A stretch of DNA of 63,977 nt, the filler included, from Sphacelaria rigidula (taxonomy: Eukaryota), in assembly GCA_964200075.2 (NCBI GenBank). It is 3 parts of 3 records of this genome, joined end to end, with 100 filler letters (N's around TTAATTAATTAA, not from the genome) between each part and the next. Parts side by side here need not be neighbours in the genome. Positions count along the whole stretch, not along the records: positions 21,906 to 43,707 come from CAXNAA020000384.1; positions 43,808 to 63,977 come from CAXNAA020000560.1; 1 more part is not named here. One strand, written 5' to 3'. The notes beneath the pieces are model-generated. The model was given only the letters and a program-made list of their open reading frames with translations. It was not told where the DNA came from and did not search any database. Below are positions 37,401 to 48,500 of the stretch, piece after piece. Within the stretch, counting starts at the first letter, position 1. Each line of letters begins with the position of its first letter. The translations under genes and the position numbers were made by a program.

Positions 37401-40400
37401 GCTTTGTTTTGTTTGTTGGTGTGTGTGCCCTAAAGTACAGTATACTCTAGCGCGCAGCTCTTATCCAGCATGTTTTGCTTACGAGATATTCTACCATTTT
37501 TATCCTTCGAAGAGAATAATATCGCCCTGTTTTGTTCGTGTGGCGGTGTTTGGGTGCTTGCTGCCAATAATAATGTCAGGTATCGTTCCTCTATTGCTGT
37601 CTCATTCGTGCAGAGAGATAGGATACGGTACGGTGCTACTGCAGGTGTGTTTGATCGCTAGAGATTTCGTGTTCGGGCTGCACCACAATCGAGGAGGTAG
37701 TAAGGACGACAATATTTACGTCGTTTGATTCCTGTGAACCAAAGTTGGATGTACATGTAGCAGTCACAGCCAGCATTTCTTCTTGGCCGTTGCTCGTGTT
37801 GAAAATGCACAACCGATGTGTCTTGCGTGGGTATTTGGTTCTCTTTCCACGGTCTATTGGGCTCACTCGTCCCCGCTTACCTTGCAGCACAGCAGTACCG
37901 CGCAGTACAAGACATATCGCACCTACATGCTCCTGGACCCTCGCGCTAGTTGTTGCCTGTGGGCGATGTTATCGAGAGAAATGGAGGTGCACACCAGGGG
38001 TGTCCATGATAAAACGATCTTATAATGCCTTTTGGCGTACGGGGTCCGTCCGAAGTAGGCAAATTACATGTTATGTCTGTTCAGGACGAGGAAACGCCGC
38101 TGTAGCGCGGCTCCTCTCCTATCGGAAATACTGTCAACCCAACCGGGCACGTCCGTCGAAGGTCAAGCTCAGCATCCGCGACAGCAATCGACGGTGGTGG
38201 TCGTCTTTGTTTCGCAGATCTCTGCGGTTTTCACAGTGAGGCGGCAATATGCTGGTTCGCTCTCATGACCTTCTGTTCCGTTGAGCCAGATATTTCTGGC
38301 ACATGAGGATGATGACTGTGCATGCCAACATTTATGCATCTGAGTGACTGCTGGGTGAAGGTTGGCTTCGCAGGTCTCAGTCTTTGACGCCGTCGTGTCT
38401 GTTGACAGCGCGGTTGTATGTGTACGTTTTGGGGCTCATTCAGCTCTGCTTACACGATGGATAATCATGTGTTTGGATGGCAAGATAGGTTCGATGGATA
38501 GACAAACTGAGACTAGCGTTACTTATTGATTTGTTATCTCGTTCGATGCCTCTGTCGTAGTCGCGAAGATGGTATGAGTTCAAGGGTTCCGAAACGAGGT
38601 GAGAAATTTCGTGAGGGAAGTTGGACTTCCACACAGCTTAGTCTCTGATGATCGAGAGCGAGGCGTCATCACCCCGGGGCTAGGTTTTACACGGGTCCGC
38701 AGACAACAACTGATCTACGAGCCTAAAACCAGAGACTTTGCTATGCGGCACCGCCTCGAAGCCTCATGACACTAGCCCACCCAGAAAAACCTCTATTACC
38801 GCTGCATCGAAAACCACTCCAGGACATCGCGATTTCGCTGTTGAACTTCAACGACACGCAGGAACCGGGAGAAGCTCCTCTCTTTACGAAATGAACAATG
38901 TGAGGCTGAAAGTCGGAAAAATACGATCGCTACGGCAAAACCGTCACTCGCACGCCTTGACGATAAAACATCTCTTCTACCCGCTAGCCAATGCATGTGC
39001 CCACCAAGTAAAGGCAACCCACCCAATGCGCAACGGGTCAAGTATTCGATGCATCGCTTGTTAATTTCTTCCCCCAGGCTGCTGCAATGCGCTGGGAAGC
39101 CCTGCAAAAGCGCCTGGAGGCCGTGCAGCAGCGGAGGCGGGATAGGGAGAAGGAAACGAGCCGCCGGATGCAGGCACAGGATAGGCGCGACCAGGCTCGG
39201 GAAAGACGGGAGGTGTGTACACCTGGAATAAAGCTTACATTCCAAAAAAACCTTGATCACCCGTATGTCGTGCTTGGGTATTGTTCCGAGATTTCGAGCA
39301 ATGGTGCGATACATCTTGCATCGAGGCGAGTATATCGTTCTCTCGTATACGTTTTTTGGAAGACTTAGTCGTAGCATGTATTCTTCTGTTTCGATATTAT
39401 TGGTTGTCATCGATTGCTGCAAGATTGGTACACTGCAGACCCCCTTTTTTGACTGTAGTGTGTTTCTTGTCCTGAGAATTATATGTCTGATAAGGCGTTG
39501 CCTTGCTTTCTCGGCACAGCCGTCGCGGGTAGCCGTTGTCCCCAAACGCTTGCCTTACGACCACCTACCCCACAGCCTAGTCCCCAGCTCTCTTCTCTGA
39601 CTGAACCCTGCCTCTACCCCGCTGTCATTTATTCTGCTGATATCCCGTAGGCTTTGCTGCTGACACCCATGGCGGGCACGGGTGATAGTGGGGAAGAGAA
39701 AGCTCTTCGCCGAAGATACCAAGAAGACCGGGCGTCTAGACACGGCCGTGCGGCCGCTGGTGGTGGCAGCAGTCGTCCACAGGCCTCGAATTTGGATTAC
39801 GGAAGTGGGGAGGGGGACTACACGGGGACTAAGGTGGCTATACCTTCGTGCAGGTTTCCGTTGACGCCACATGTGAACACTTGTCAATTCAGGGAGAATG
39901 AAACGGTCGGTCCATTTTCGGTCCATTTTGGTTGGTGGCGCGATCGCGACCAGACCAGTTGCATGTTTATGTTTGCCTTACTTCAAACACCAATTCTCGT
40001 GCGAGAATTCGTTTGAAACCGGGCATACCCTGCAGAGAACGAGTGTGGGAGTCAAGTTGGGCGGAGTCTCCCGTACGGCAGGTATGAGTATACGCCAGAC
40101 AGGAACTGGTGGATTACGCATCCCCAGTTGTGCTCGTTACCGATGTTTGACGTTCGCTGCGAGAGCGGACAATGTTGGTTCTCACAAAGTATTATCCTGT
40201 GCGTGTTGCCCTTCCGTTCATATGCGCGTCATTACCCTATTTATTCTTGTGGGTCATCTGGGTGCTCGAATATTTGTGATGCCGCAAACACGTTGCAGTC
40301 CCTCGCCGAGATACAAGGTAAAGGCAGCGATGATGGTGAGAACTTGAGTGACCGAGAGTACTACACAAACACCACTGACGGATCGCAGAGACGAGACAGC

Positions 40401-43400
40401 AATTTGAACGAGCGGCAGGATCCACAGGTAACATCGGACAGCGGTGACTGTAAGCACAGACGCGGGAGTCGGCGGTCGGCGGACGCATCCCGGTCGACCT
40501 GGCCCCCGCTGGTCGGGGGTCCGGCGTTGGCGGCGACAGGGGGAACGGGGGAACAGACAGTGGTCCCCCAGCAGCCGGGAAAACGCGGGCGGGCGCAGAA
40601 GAAGCGAGCGCGGAAGATAAAGGAGAAAATGCGGCTACTGTGCATTGATGCCAATGCTGCGAGCATCGCTGCAGCGAAGGGTGCCGGGGTATCCGTTGGA
40701 GGAACGAGATCGGCTTCGCCGAACGTCGGCGTAAAGCTAAATGCGTCGAGCCCTCGGCAGTCCGTTGCGCTCAACGAGGGAGGAAGCCGTAATGCAGGTG
40801 CCACCTATGAGAAGTGCTGTACTGCGTTGGTTGAGTTGGGCGCAGCATATCGTTTTCGCGTCGTCTTTTGTGTATTCATGTGTTTGGCTCTGATACTATT
40901 CGGTGTACAATGCAGCAACGCACGATCAGGATAGGGTAGATATTCTTGCAGCGATGTAGGGTCGTTGTCTCAGTACAGATGTGTTTTTGGCTCCATCTTT
41001 GGCCCCTTTCTTCCCTCTCGCGCCCTACAGAGAAGGATAGCGATGACGCACGAGCGTCTAGCGCCGATTATAACACGACAGCTCCGACTCCGTGGCCACG
41101 ACTGGAAAGGGTAGCTCGGGACCTTGCGGCCTTGGTTTGGGTAAGGACGAGCCAGCAGCAATACAAAGCAGGCGTGGACGGGGACGGGACGGACAGGCGC
41201 CAGGATACTGCCCCTGTTTCCAGTGCTGCTGAACCTGGGCGACAGGTCCCGACGCCACATGCTGTCCGGTCAGATCGCGATAGCGATGCTAATGCTACGA
41301 CACGATCGTCGGCGCTGCCGTCGGCCGATGGCACCGGTGTGGCAGTCCTGGATAGCAGCTCTGCGGCGGAGGCAGTTCGTAGCCGTGGAGATACTGGCGA
41401 AGTCGTTGTTCATTTGGAAAAAGCCGACAGTGATTGCAGTCTGGTTCATAGTAGTCGTGGGGCGATCGAGTTTGCGGCACCGCCGGAGCCCAAAGGTGGT
41501 TCGATGGCAAACACCCCAGGTGGGGGGGCGACTCGTCCCCCGGATGACGGCGCTGGCACAAAGAACGACCATGTAACACAAACGTCGCAGATGGATGCCT
41601 TGCAGACCCTTGAAAGCAGCGAGGAACAAGCTGCATTAAAGCAACCATCTGCCATAGTACCCAAACGCACCGATGGCATCGTAGTGGCCGGAACATCAGA
41701 CGTGAAGGGACCAGGAGGGGTCGTGGAGCCCGCGGCCACAGACACGGCTCCAGAGCCACCCAGGCGAAAAAAAACACGCCGGGGGAGACGAGCGGGTGGC
41801 GTACTGAACAGACGACGAGGTGCGAAGGCAAAGGTTGCCAAATGCGAGGATGAGGGGGCTGTCGGGGGGAGTGCTTCGGAAGTAATAAACATCGCAGGTG
41901 ATCTTGATCCTGGTATGGTGGTAAGTCTAGAGGCTGCTTCTTCAGCGGAAGATACTGCAGGAGAACCTGGTGCACTCGTTCGACGTCAGTTCGACGAACG
42001 ACCAACCCCCAACGCACATCATGTGACGGCCAACGAAACCGGGAGTACTATGCCCGCGACGGGCACAGTAGCCGCCGCAGATACACGAAGTTCGGCAGCG
42101 ATGATGGGCACTGATGCAGGACCGCGGACCACTTCTGCGGAATATCAAGTCGGTTCTATGCAGGAACCGGACGTCCGTTCGTTGTCTTCAAGCCGCGGCT
42201 CGTCGATACCTGTGCCTGTTCTTGAACACGCGGCCGCTATATCTATTCAAGATCTTCGGTCGATACTTCTTAATACCTCGGCCTCGACTTCCGAGGGCAA
42301 ACGGGAAGCACAGGATATGCCTTCTTCCGCCATTTCGCCGAGTTCTTACACCACTGCAAGCGCTAACGCGCGGTTGCACCTTCAACTGCGTCGGCGGCGG
42401 ATAATAGAATCTTTATTAGCACTGTCCGCACCGTTTCCCTGGTTTCCCGTCTTACCTGCGGTGCCTAGGGTAGTCCGAGAAGGAAGTCGGCAGGATGAAG
42501 GCAAGTCAAATGCTAAAAAGCCGGGGTCTACGGCAGAGACCAGCAAGGACGCGGCAGCATCTACGACGAGAGCGGAACGGCCGGGACAACGGGAAATGGG
42601 GTGTAATGCACGTGATGTTCGGGTTGGAAAACCTGGCGCAACCTCACCGGGGCATCTTCGACAAAGTTCTACGAGCAGTTCTTCCCGACTGTCGGTATCT
42701 ACACCGTCGCTACATTCGCCCCCGGCGCCGGCAGCACGAAGAAGCGAAGCGTCATCACCTACAACAAGAAAGGGAAAATCCGCAGTCGAGGGAGATGGAG
42801 GGAGCGCTGCAAGTGTTGATACTGCTAGCACGAGGAAAGAGTTGCTGATGGCTTCGGCGTTTGCTGCTCTTCGCTGTGTATTAGAGGATTCGCGGAATGT
42901 GGAGAGCGTGTTTGCTATGGACGGTGCGGCACCGCTGGTAAGTCGGCGAGGCGCGGCGAGACATCCTACTCTTGTGTGGGCTTCGGCGAAAATTCCTGCG
43001 TTCCCTGTGTCTCTAGTTTTTTTTTGTGCGTTGGTGTTCGAGAGTCCTTTTTGTGCATGGTATTTCCTGTTCACAAAAAAACTTCGCATTTTTTCATGGC
43101 TTGATGGTGAATATACAGTAGTGGCTCTGTCGGCATTTTTTCTCTTCTTCCGTTGACAAATTGATCCTGCACCAACGTGTTGTATCTAGTTTTGTGGCGT
43201 TTCGCCAAGGTGTTTACCCAAAATCCAGATGTTTTACAGCAGCATGACACCCAATGCACCAACATAGGTTGACAACCTATCTCGGCTCTTGGAGAGGGCC
43301 ATCAGACGCAGCCACGCTTCATCAATGGAACCCACCCTTTTCATCACCTCCAACTCTGTCAACTCACGACCAGTTGGTTACGAGGAGTGTTTCACCGACT

Positions 43401-43599
43401 CGACGCGACCCGCACCAAACCCGCGTAGCGGTAGAGCGCTCCGTGAAGGAGCGCGTGTAGTACCGTCCAGTGACCCGGGCAGATCACGTGGAGACCTGGC
43501 CTTCTTCTTGGAACCTGATGTGGAGGAGGGGTTGTGCACAGGGTTAGAGATCGTGAGGCTGTTGCTGAGGCACGTGCCTCTGAGCTACTACCCTGCCAG
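22493..43599 (+). CDS. SCAPER: SCAPER (S-phase cyclin A-associated protein in the ER) homolog, partial, spliced
   Basis: Phase-consistent exons: 22493-22654, 23029-23109, 23631-23790, 25469-27214, 28157-28789, 29230-29545, 29922-30013, 30323-30602, 31398-31506, 32888-32971, 33755-33890, 34818-34918, 37198-37300, 39078-39212, 39651-39833, 40299-40797, 41031-42937, 43268-43599. SCAPER_N-like motif QRLWGYLFRNVNRAVDELYYLCEAEGSVTHCHEAAELLEGCGRDFNKLVDRI...KPKGLVWEVRK; coiled-coil motifs LQKKLSSPQRK and IVRKASDANSKVDEVLFMNKL; QKKRARKIKEKM. Start and stop are not visible because of the gaps. Confidence 0.9.
23925..25258. mobile_element. Non-autonomous hAT-like DNA transposon, copy 1 (in SCAPER intron)
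   Basis: Degenerate TIRs tagggtgttgatctgg ... ccagttcacagcacta. Flanks atatatag / atatatat match 7 of 8 bp, consistent with an 8-bp TSD. Collinear with 57182-58443 (e.g. accggctatttttataccaat, acgcttgatgcggaactgccga). Confidence 0.8.
35877..36778. mobile_element. Two diverged copies of a small TIR element with internal cagaactgtcgggtacgggtatg-like subrepeats
   Basis: Copies begin caaggttgtgttgtgtaggg (35877) and caaggctgtgttgtgtaggg (36460). Copy 2 ends tactctacataacaccacttcg, a degenerate reverse complement of its start. Confidence 0.65.
36780..37025 (+). repeat. Degenerate minisatellite of about 39 bp (about 6-7 units)
   Basis: Recurring (g/t)(a/t/g)tcag(a/g)a...ct(a/g)gtt(g/t)cgt...aac. 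Translation shows 13-aa periodicity: LGQEPVQPVACKR / RLGQNPAQLVAYKQ / LPVQKFMYLVSCEQ / LDQKPMQRV. Confidence 0.7.
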
Positions 43600-43707
43600 G
43601 TGAGCGGGTAATGTGGCGTCGCACGGTGAATATATATATAAATACAAGGGGTTCGGCGGCTTCCGCCGCCACGCTCAATGAGATCGATGGCCAAGGTACA
43701 TGAGGAC

Positions 43708-43807
43708 NNNNNNNNNNNNNNNNNNNNNNNNNNNNNNNNNNNNNNNNNNNNTTAATTAATTAANNNNNNNNNNNNNNNNNNNNNNNNNNNNNNNNNNNNN
43801 NNNNNNN
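43708..43807. other. Assembly spacer (N run with TTAATTAATTAA linker)
   Basis: Exactly 100 bp, same design as the first spacer. Confidence 0.97.
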
Positions 43808-44852
43808 TTAGGTCAGGGAAAGCACGGCTTTTGAGTTGAACCTCATTTTTTTTTCACCCCCATTTTCGAGAATCGGCTGTTAGCAGGTGTGTCTGTACGT
43901 GTGTGCTACGTACTCCCATGCGTATGTGAGTGCGAGTGTGTGTAACCGTCTCGCAATGTGTGCAGGCTCTGAACACCCGGTCGAGCACGACAAACGTTTA
44001 GAGTCCACAGTGTTTTTCACTTGAAGGAGGATATTTTTCTATTTATTTCATGGACGGCGGTTTTCGATGTTTTTTTCACGTGCCACCGCTCATCCCAGCG
44101 AGCTGTTGATCCCAACGTATGGGAGTCGGGGAATACTGAGCATCTGCTCCGCATTCTGAAACAAAAATCGTCTCTGCGCTCAATATTGAACCACTACCGA
44201 GGTTAATTGACAGGAGGCGTTATTGACCGCTTTTGGTCCAAAACATATTTCTTTTCGGGTTCAGCGCAATGAATAGGTTCAAACAAAATAATAAGGGTTC
44301 ATGAAATCATTGATGGGAGTGATCGGAATTGGTTCACCCCCGCCTGTGCTATCGTATGCAGAGCTCGGTTGGGCATTTTTCGTTTTCAGGTACTTTTCTG
44401 AATATTTTCGTGTAACATCCGTCCTTGGCGCTTAATACTCCTGGCGTCGATATATGGTGGGAAGAGAGCAGTTCGTGCTCAGAACACAATCCTCAACTAT
44501 TGTTGTCCGGGTGATACGGAGTAAGTACCCGGTTCATCACGAGGGCGTTATCGACCGTCACTGGTCCAAAAACACACAGGTTTTCGGCTCTAGCGCAATA
44601 AGTGGGTAGAAATTAAACAAGAGCTATTCTTTTCATTTGTTCAAGAGAACGATTGGGATTGCTTCAATCGAGCAAAATTACTCAAGGGTCAGAGCCTGGG
44701 GCTGGGTAGTCTTAGGACCCCCGAAAACCGTTCAGCCCGTACGTCGTTCAATAATGAGCGCAGATGTGATCTTATTTCAGAATGTGGAGGAGATACCTCG
44801 CATCTCCCGATTCCCGAACGTTAGGATCAAACGTTTACTGGGATGAGCGGTA

Positions 44853-45231
44853 AACAGCCGATCATCGAAATTGAGGATGGAACTTTTCATTGAGTATGAG
44901 AACCCGGAGGATTAAAATGTTCGTATCCACCCCAAATCTTCGAAATATAGTTTTATTCCTTCACCTATTGGTAGCTATCGACAACTGCTACACGCCTTAC
45001 AAATCTCGATTTCGATAGCCGAAGTGCTGGGGTCCTGGATGAAGAAACAATTTGTAGAAATTTAGGTAATACGATCGGATCGCCGAAATGTAGTACTTGT
45101 CAATAGCTACCAGTAGGTAAAGGAATGGAACTATGTTTCGACGATCTGGTGTGGATACGAAGATTTGAATCCTCCGGGTTCTCATCCTCAATTAAAAGCT
45201 CCATCCTCAATTTTTTCGATGATCGGCTGTT
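44853..45231. mobile_element. Foldback MITE with inverted arms of about 135 bp
   Basis: aacagccgatcatcgaaattgaggatggaacttttcattgagtatgagaacccggagg... pairs with ...cctccgggttctcatcctcaattaaaagctccatcctcaattttttcgatgatcggctgtt. Confidence 0.85.
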
Positions 45232-45595
45232 GGTGGCAGGCGAAAAAACTTTCGAATATCCCCGACGATAGGAAAACTACGAAAACCTCCTACAGATATC
45301 ACCAACTGTAAGCTGCGAGCCTGCGCCCGAAGCGAGTGTTTGGAAGAAGAGGGCATATAATTGTTATTCTTGTTGTATTTTCGTGTCATTGGTTAGTCGC
45401 AAGTCTATTCAACACCAGGTCAGGGCCAGCGGAGGTCCACTCCCACCGGACACATCTCCCAAGCCTACCTGGTAACACCCCAACGAGAAGCGTCGCAACA
45501 GTCCAGATACGCCGTGATATATACACCCAGCGAAGGCCACACGCGCTTACTCGGTCACGGCCAAGGCGCACGCACGTACAGCGCAAAATGCGTAC

Positions 45596-48500
45596 CTTGT
45601 CTACCTTGCGTCGCCTGCCTTGTCGAACCGGATTTTTCGTAACAGCCCCGAAAAGAGAGGAGTGCCCGCATTCTGAAGGCTGCAGTTCCACGTGGCCGTT
45701 GTGGTACACCAAGTCGAACCCACCCACATGCTCTCGAACAGTAGGACACTTGTTCCACCTGCATGTGATGATTGATTGCTTGGTTGATTCATCCGATTGA
45801 TTGCTTGTCGCACATCACCTATATCTGCTACGAATTCAGCTGTGGTGACTACAGTAGGTCGACGTACCCGAAGCAAACGATCGGAAAAACTCACTGAAGG
45901 AAACCCGAGGAAGCAGAAATGTGACGGAAGATAGGACACAAGGATACCGTAGCGTGTGAATGTGTTGACACAGTCCCTGTTGGGTGGAGTCCAGGGCCCG
46001 TGTTACGTAAAATGCTAAAATCATCCGCTTTCTCGAGAGCAATATCGTGGATTGTATGACCGTTTTGAGCGAAAAAATTGAGACAAGCCCAAATATCCGC
46101 ATGGTTGTCCATCATCCCACCTTATTAGGTGTCGGCTTATTGCAAGTTCGACACAAGGGAGAAGCTTAAAGGCGCTCTCATAGCAGGAACCTCGTCTTTT
46201 CTACGCTAGCATTGTGGGTGTAAGCACTCAGCTGGTTTGGCTCGGTGAAATTGGATCGTTCTGATTGAAGGGACACTCGATGTTCGAATCGGTTCATGCT
46301 AATTGCAACTGAGCCATATGTTGCACCACAGAAGGCCATACTTGGATAATAATGTACATATCATATCGGCATCATTGGTTCAGTCGGATACCGTTGAAAA
46401 TCCGGATAATCAACGCATCGTAAATGTAAGTCAGAAGCACAAAGTCGAGCTAATACACGCTCAGTGCTGTGCACTAGATGGACGATACTCGCGAGCTAAA
46501 GATTTGGCTCAATAGGGGTCGTCATTAGTAAACCCAACGGTACCAGAGTTGTCGGTAGAAATCGGGTAAGCGGTGAATGCAATAGCTCAGCCGGCAATTT
46601 CAAACACACCAGACGTAAAGGTGATGCTGATGGTTTTTAAGCTTTTGATAGCTCGCTATTGTGTGCCTATCGACCGAGAACTGCGACTGCAACATAGTGA
46701 TTTATTGTCGTGATGTTTTGGGAATACCCTTGTTTGCCACGCAGATATACTTCAAATTTATACACGATTTTTTCACGGCTTCCGCCGCCACGCTTAGTAG
46801 ACCGATTCCAGGATACTTGATGAGTACATGATAGTAGATCGTTCCTCGTTCAATCCCTATTATATGACAGAAAAGTAGATCGTTTCTCGTCGAATCCCTA
46901 GACGTGGCAGAAATGGAACCCCAGCCTCCCGTGTCAAGGCGCCTCGTCTACTTTCTGCATATTCACTGAAGTAAGCATTCGACACACGTACGAATATCCA
47001 TGGTGCTCGTAGCGCGGGGCACTTCCGCTGTAATCCAGGCGAAAGTCTCGCGGGTCCAACGCTGACTTAAGATAAGGAGAGAAGCAAAAAAATTTCACCG
47101 TGCCGTAGACCACCTTCTATCGATGCGTTTGTCTGTTTAGGTGCATTGGCATTCGTGTGAAACAGGCCAAAACGGTAGATATTACCTGTGTCATCATGTC
47201 TGGAAGGGGGGATGCGCTCATTGAATCCCCGTGACGGGAATTATTTTCCTAAAGTTCACTTCCACGTTTCAAGTATCTTAATAATAGTTTTACTTCATCC
47301 AAACGTGTAGCCATTCGCCCGGAATAGACCAAAACAGCGGATATCACCCCTAAATTCACGGTAGAAATCGCCCCGCGGGGACGACTGTTTTTCTCGCCCC
47401 CCGCGCCACCATACACCTCCCCCGCTCAAGTGCAACATATTCCCAATCGAAGAATTTGTATTTTGTGGGGGGGGGGCGTACTCATTTGTTGCTTGCCTTA
47501 GTCGTGTGACCATTGACCACGCATCCCTTTCGAGACGGAGCACCGTTCCTACTCCTAATATTTTTTTTGTGGGGGTGGGGAATTTCTTATTACGTTAATC
47601 GCACAAAACTGACTTTACATGGATCATCATCTGCTTGAGGTGACGAATACTGAAGAGAACCTGAAAGACTCCGTGCGTGGAATGCTTTAGACCATGACGC
47701 CGAAAATCGAAGCGATTGTATGTGACACGATGGAAGCTTCGTATGCGGATGCATCAGCGTAGGTGCAGAACCGTGGCCTGAGCAGCCAGGCACTTTCTTG
47801 TTGGAATGCAGGCAGTACAATTGTGGAACGGCCGCATGACCGGATTACTGTGCTGTACCACAGTACTGCTAGGATTCGCATTGGTGTATACTGTGCTATA
47901 GTAGTGCTGTGCCGTGAAGATTCGCATCGGTTTGCATCGTACTATAGCATAGCACTGCGAGGATGAAACAGCTGCACAACCGTAGTACTGTACTCCAATG
48001 ATAGTGGGGGAATTCCCATGGGAGTACTGTATCGACGCCATCCGCTGCAATGCCGTTTACATGTACATCAGCGCAACCATCATACGTACCACCCGTTTGC
48101 TTGCTGCTGGGGCAGGGGGTGCCGCGGGAACGGGAAGGAACTTATCCGCTCACACTCCGCAATTGCGGCGGCATCATCGGCGCTGACGTCGGGTTTTATT
48201 TACCCGAGTGTTCAACAACTCCGGCCCAAACCCGACTTCACCAACAAATGTTGTTCATATATACCATTGTGCGTATCCTGTCAAATTTTGGACTCTCAAG
48301 CCTTTGACTACCAGCCTAGCCTCCGAGCAGTTCGCCGGCGGACAGTCCGGGGATATCCAGGGTATTTTAGGGGGTGGGAGTGATGTTCACGAAAAACGTA
48401 TTTTGCCGTTTGAAAAGACAGCTTCTTTGAACCCCATATGTGGCATAGGCCATCGGAGGCTACCTGCGGGGATTCGAGGTCAAAGGTTTCATGAGAGTTT

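Noticed and set aside
38058..38110. QITCYVCSGRGN as the missing SCAPER zinc finger
   Set aside because: Spacing resembles a decayed retroelement CCHC knuckle rather than a C2H2 finger, and no phase-compatible exon was evident.
25465..43089. Long antisense ORFs (25465-26337, 28273-29001, 41295-42017, 42382-43089)
   Set aside because: Shadow frames of GC-rich SCAPER exons.
43657..46794. Shared 19-mer cggcttccgccgccacgct (43657 and 46776) and other short direct repeats (44214/44541, 46833/46874, 50651/50696)
   Set aside because: Consistent with ordinary dispersed-repeat fragments or local slippage; no larger structure seen.
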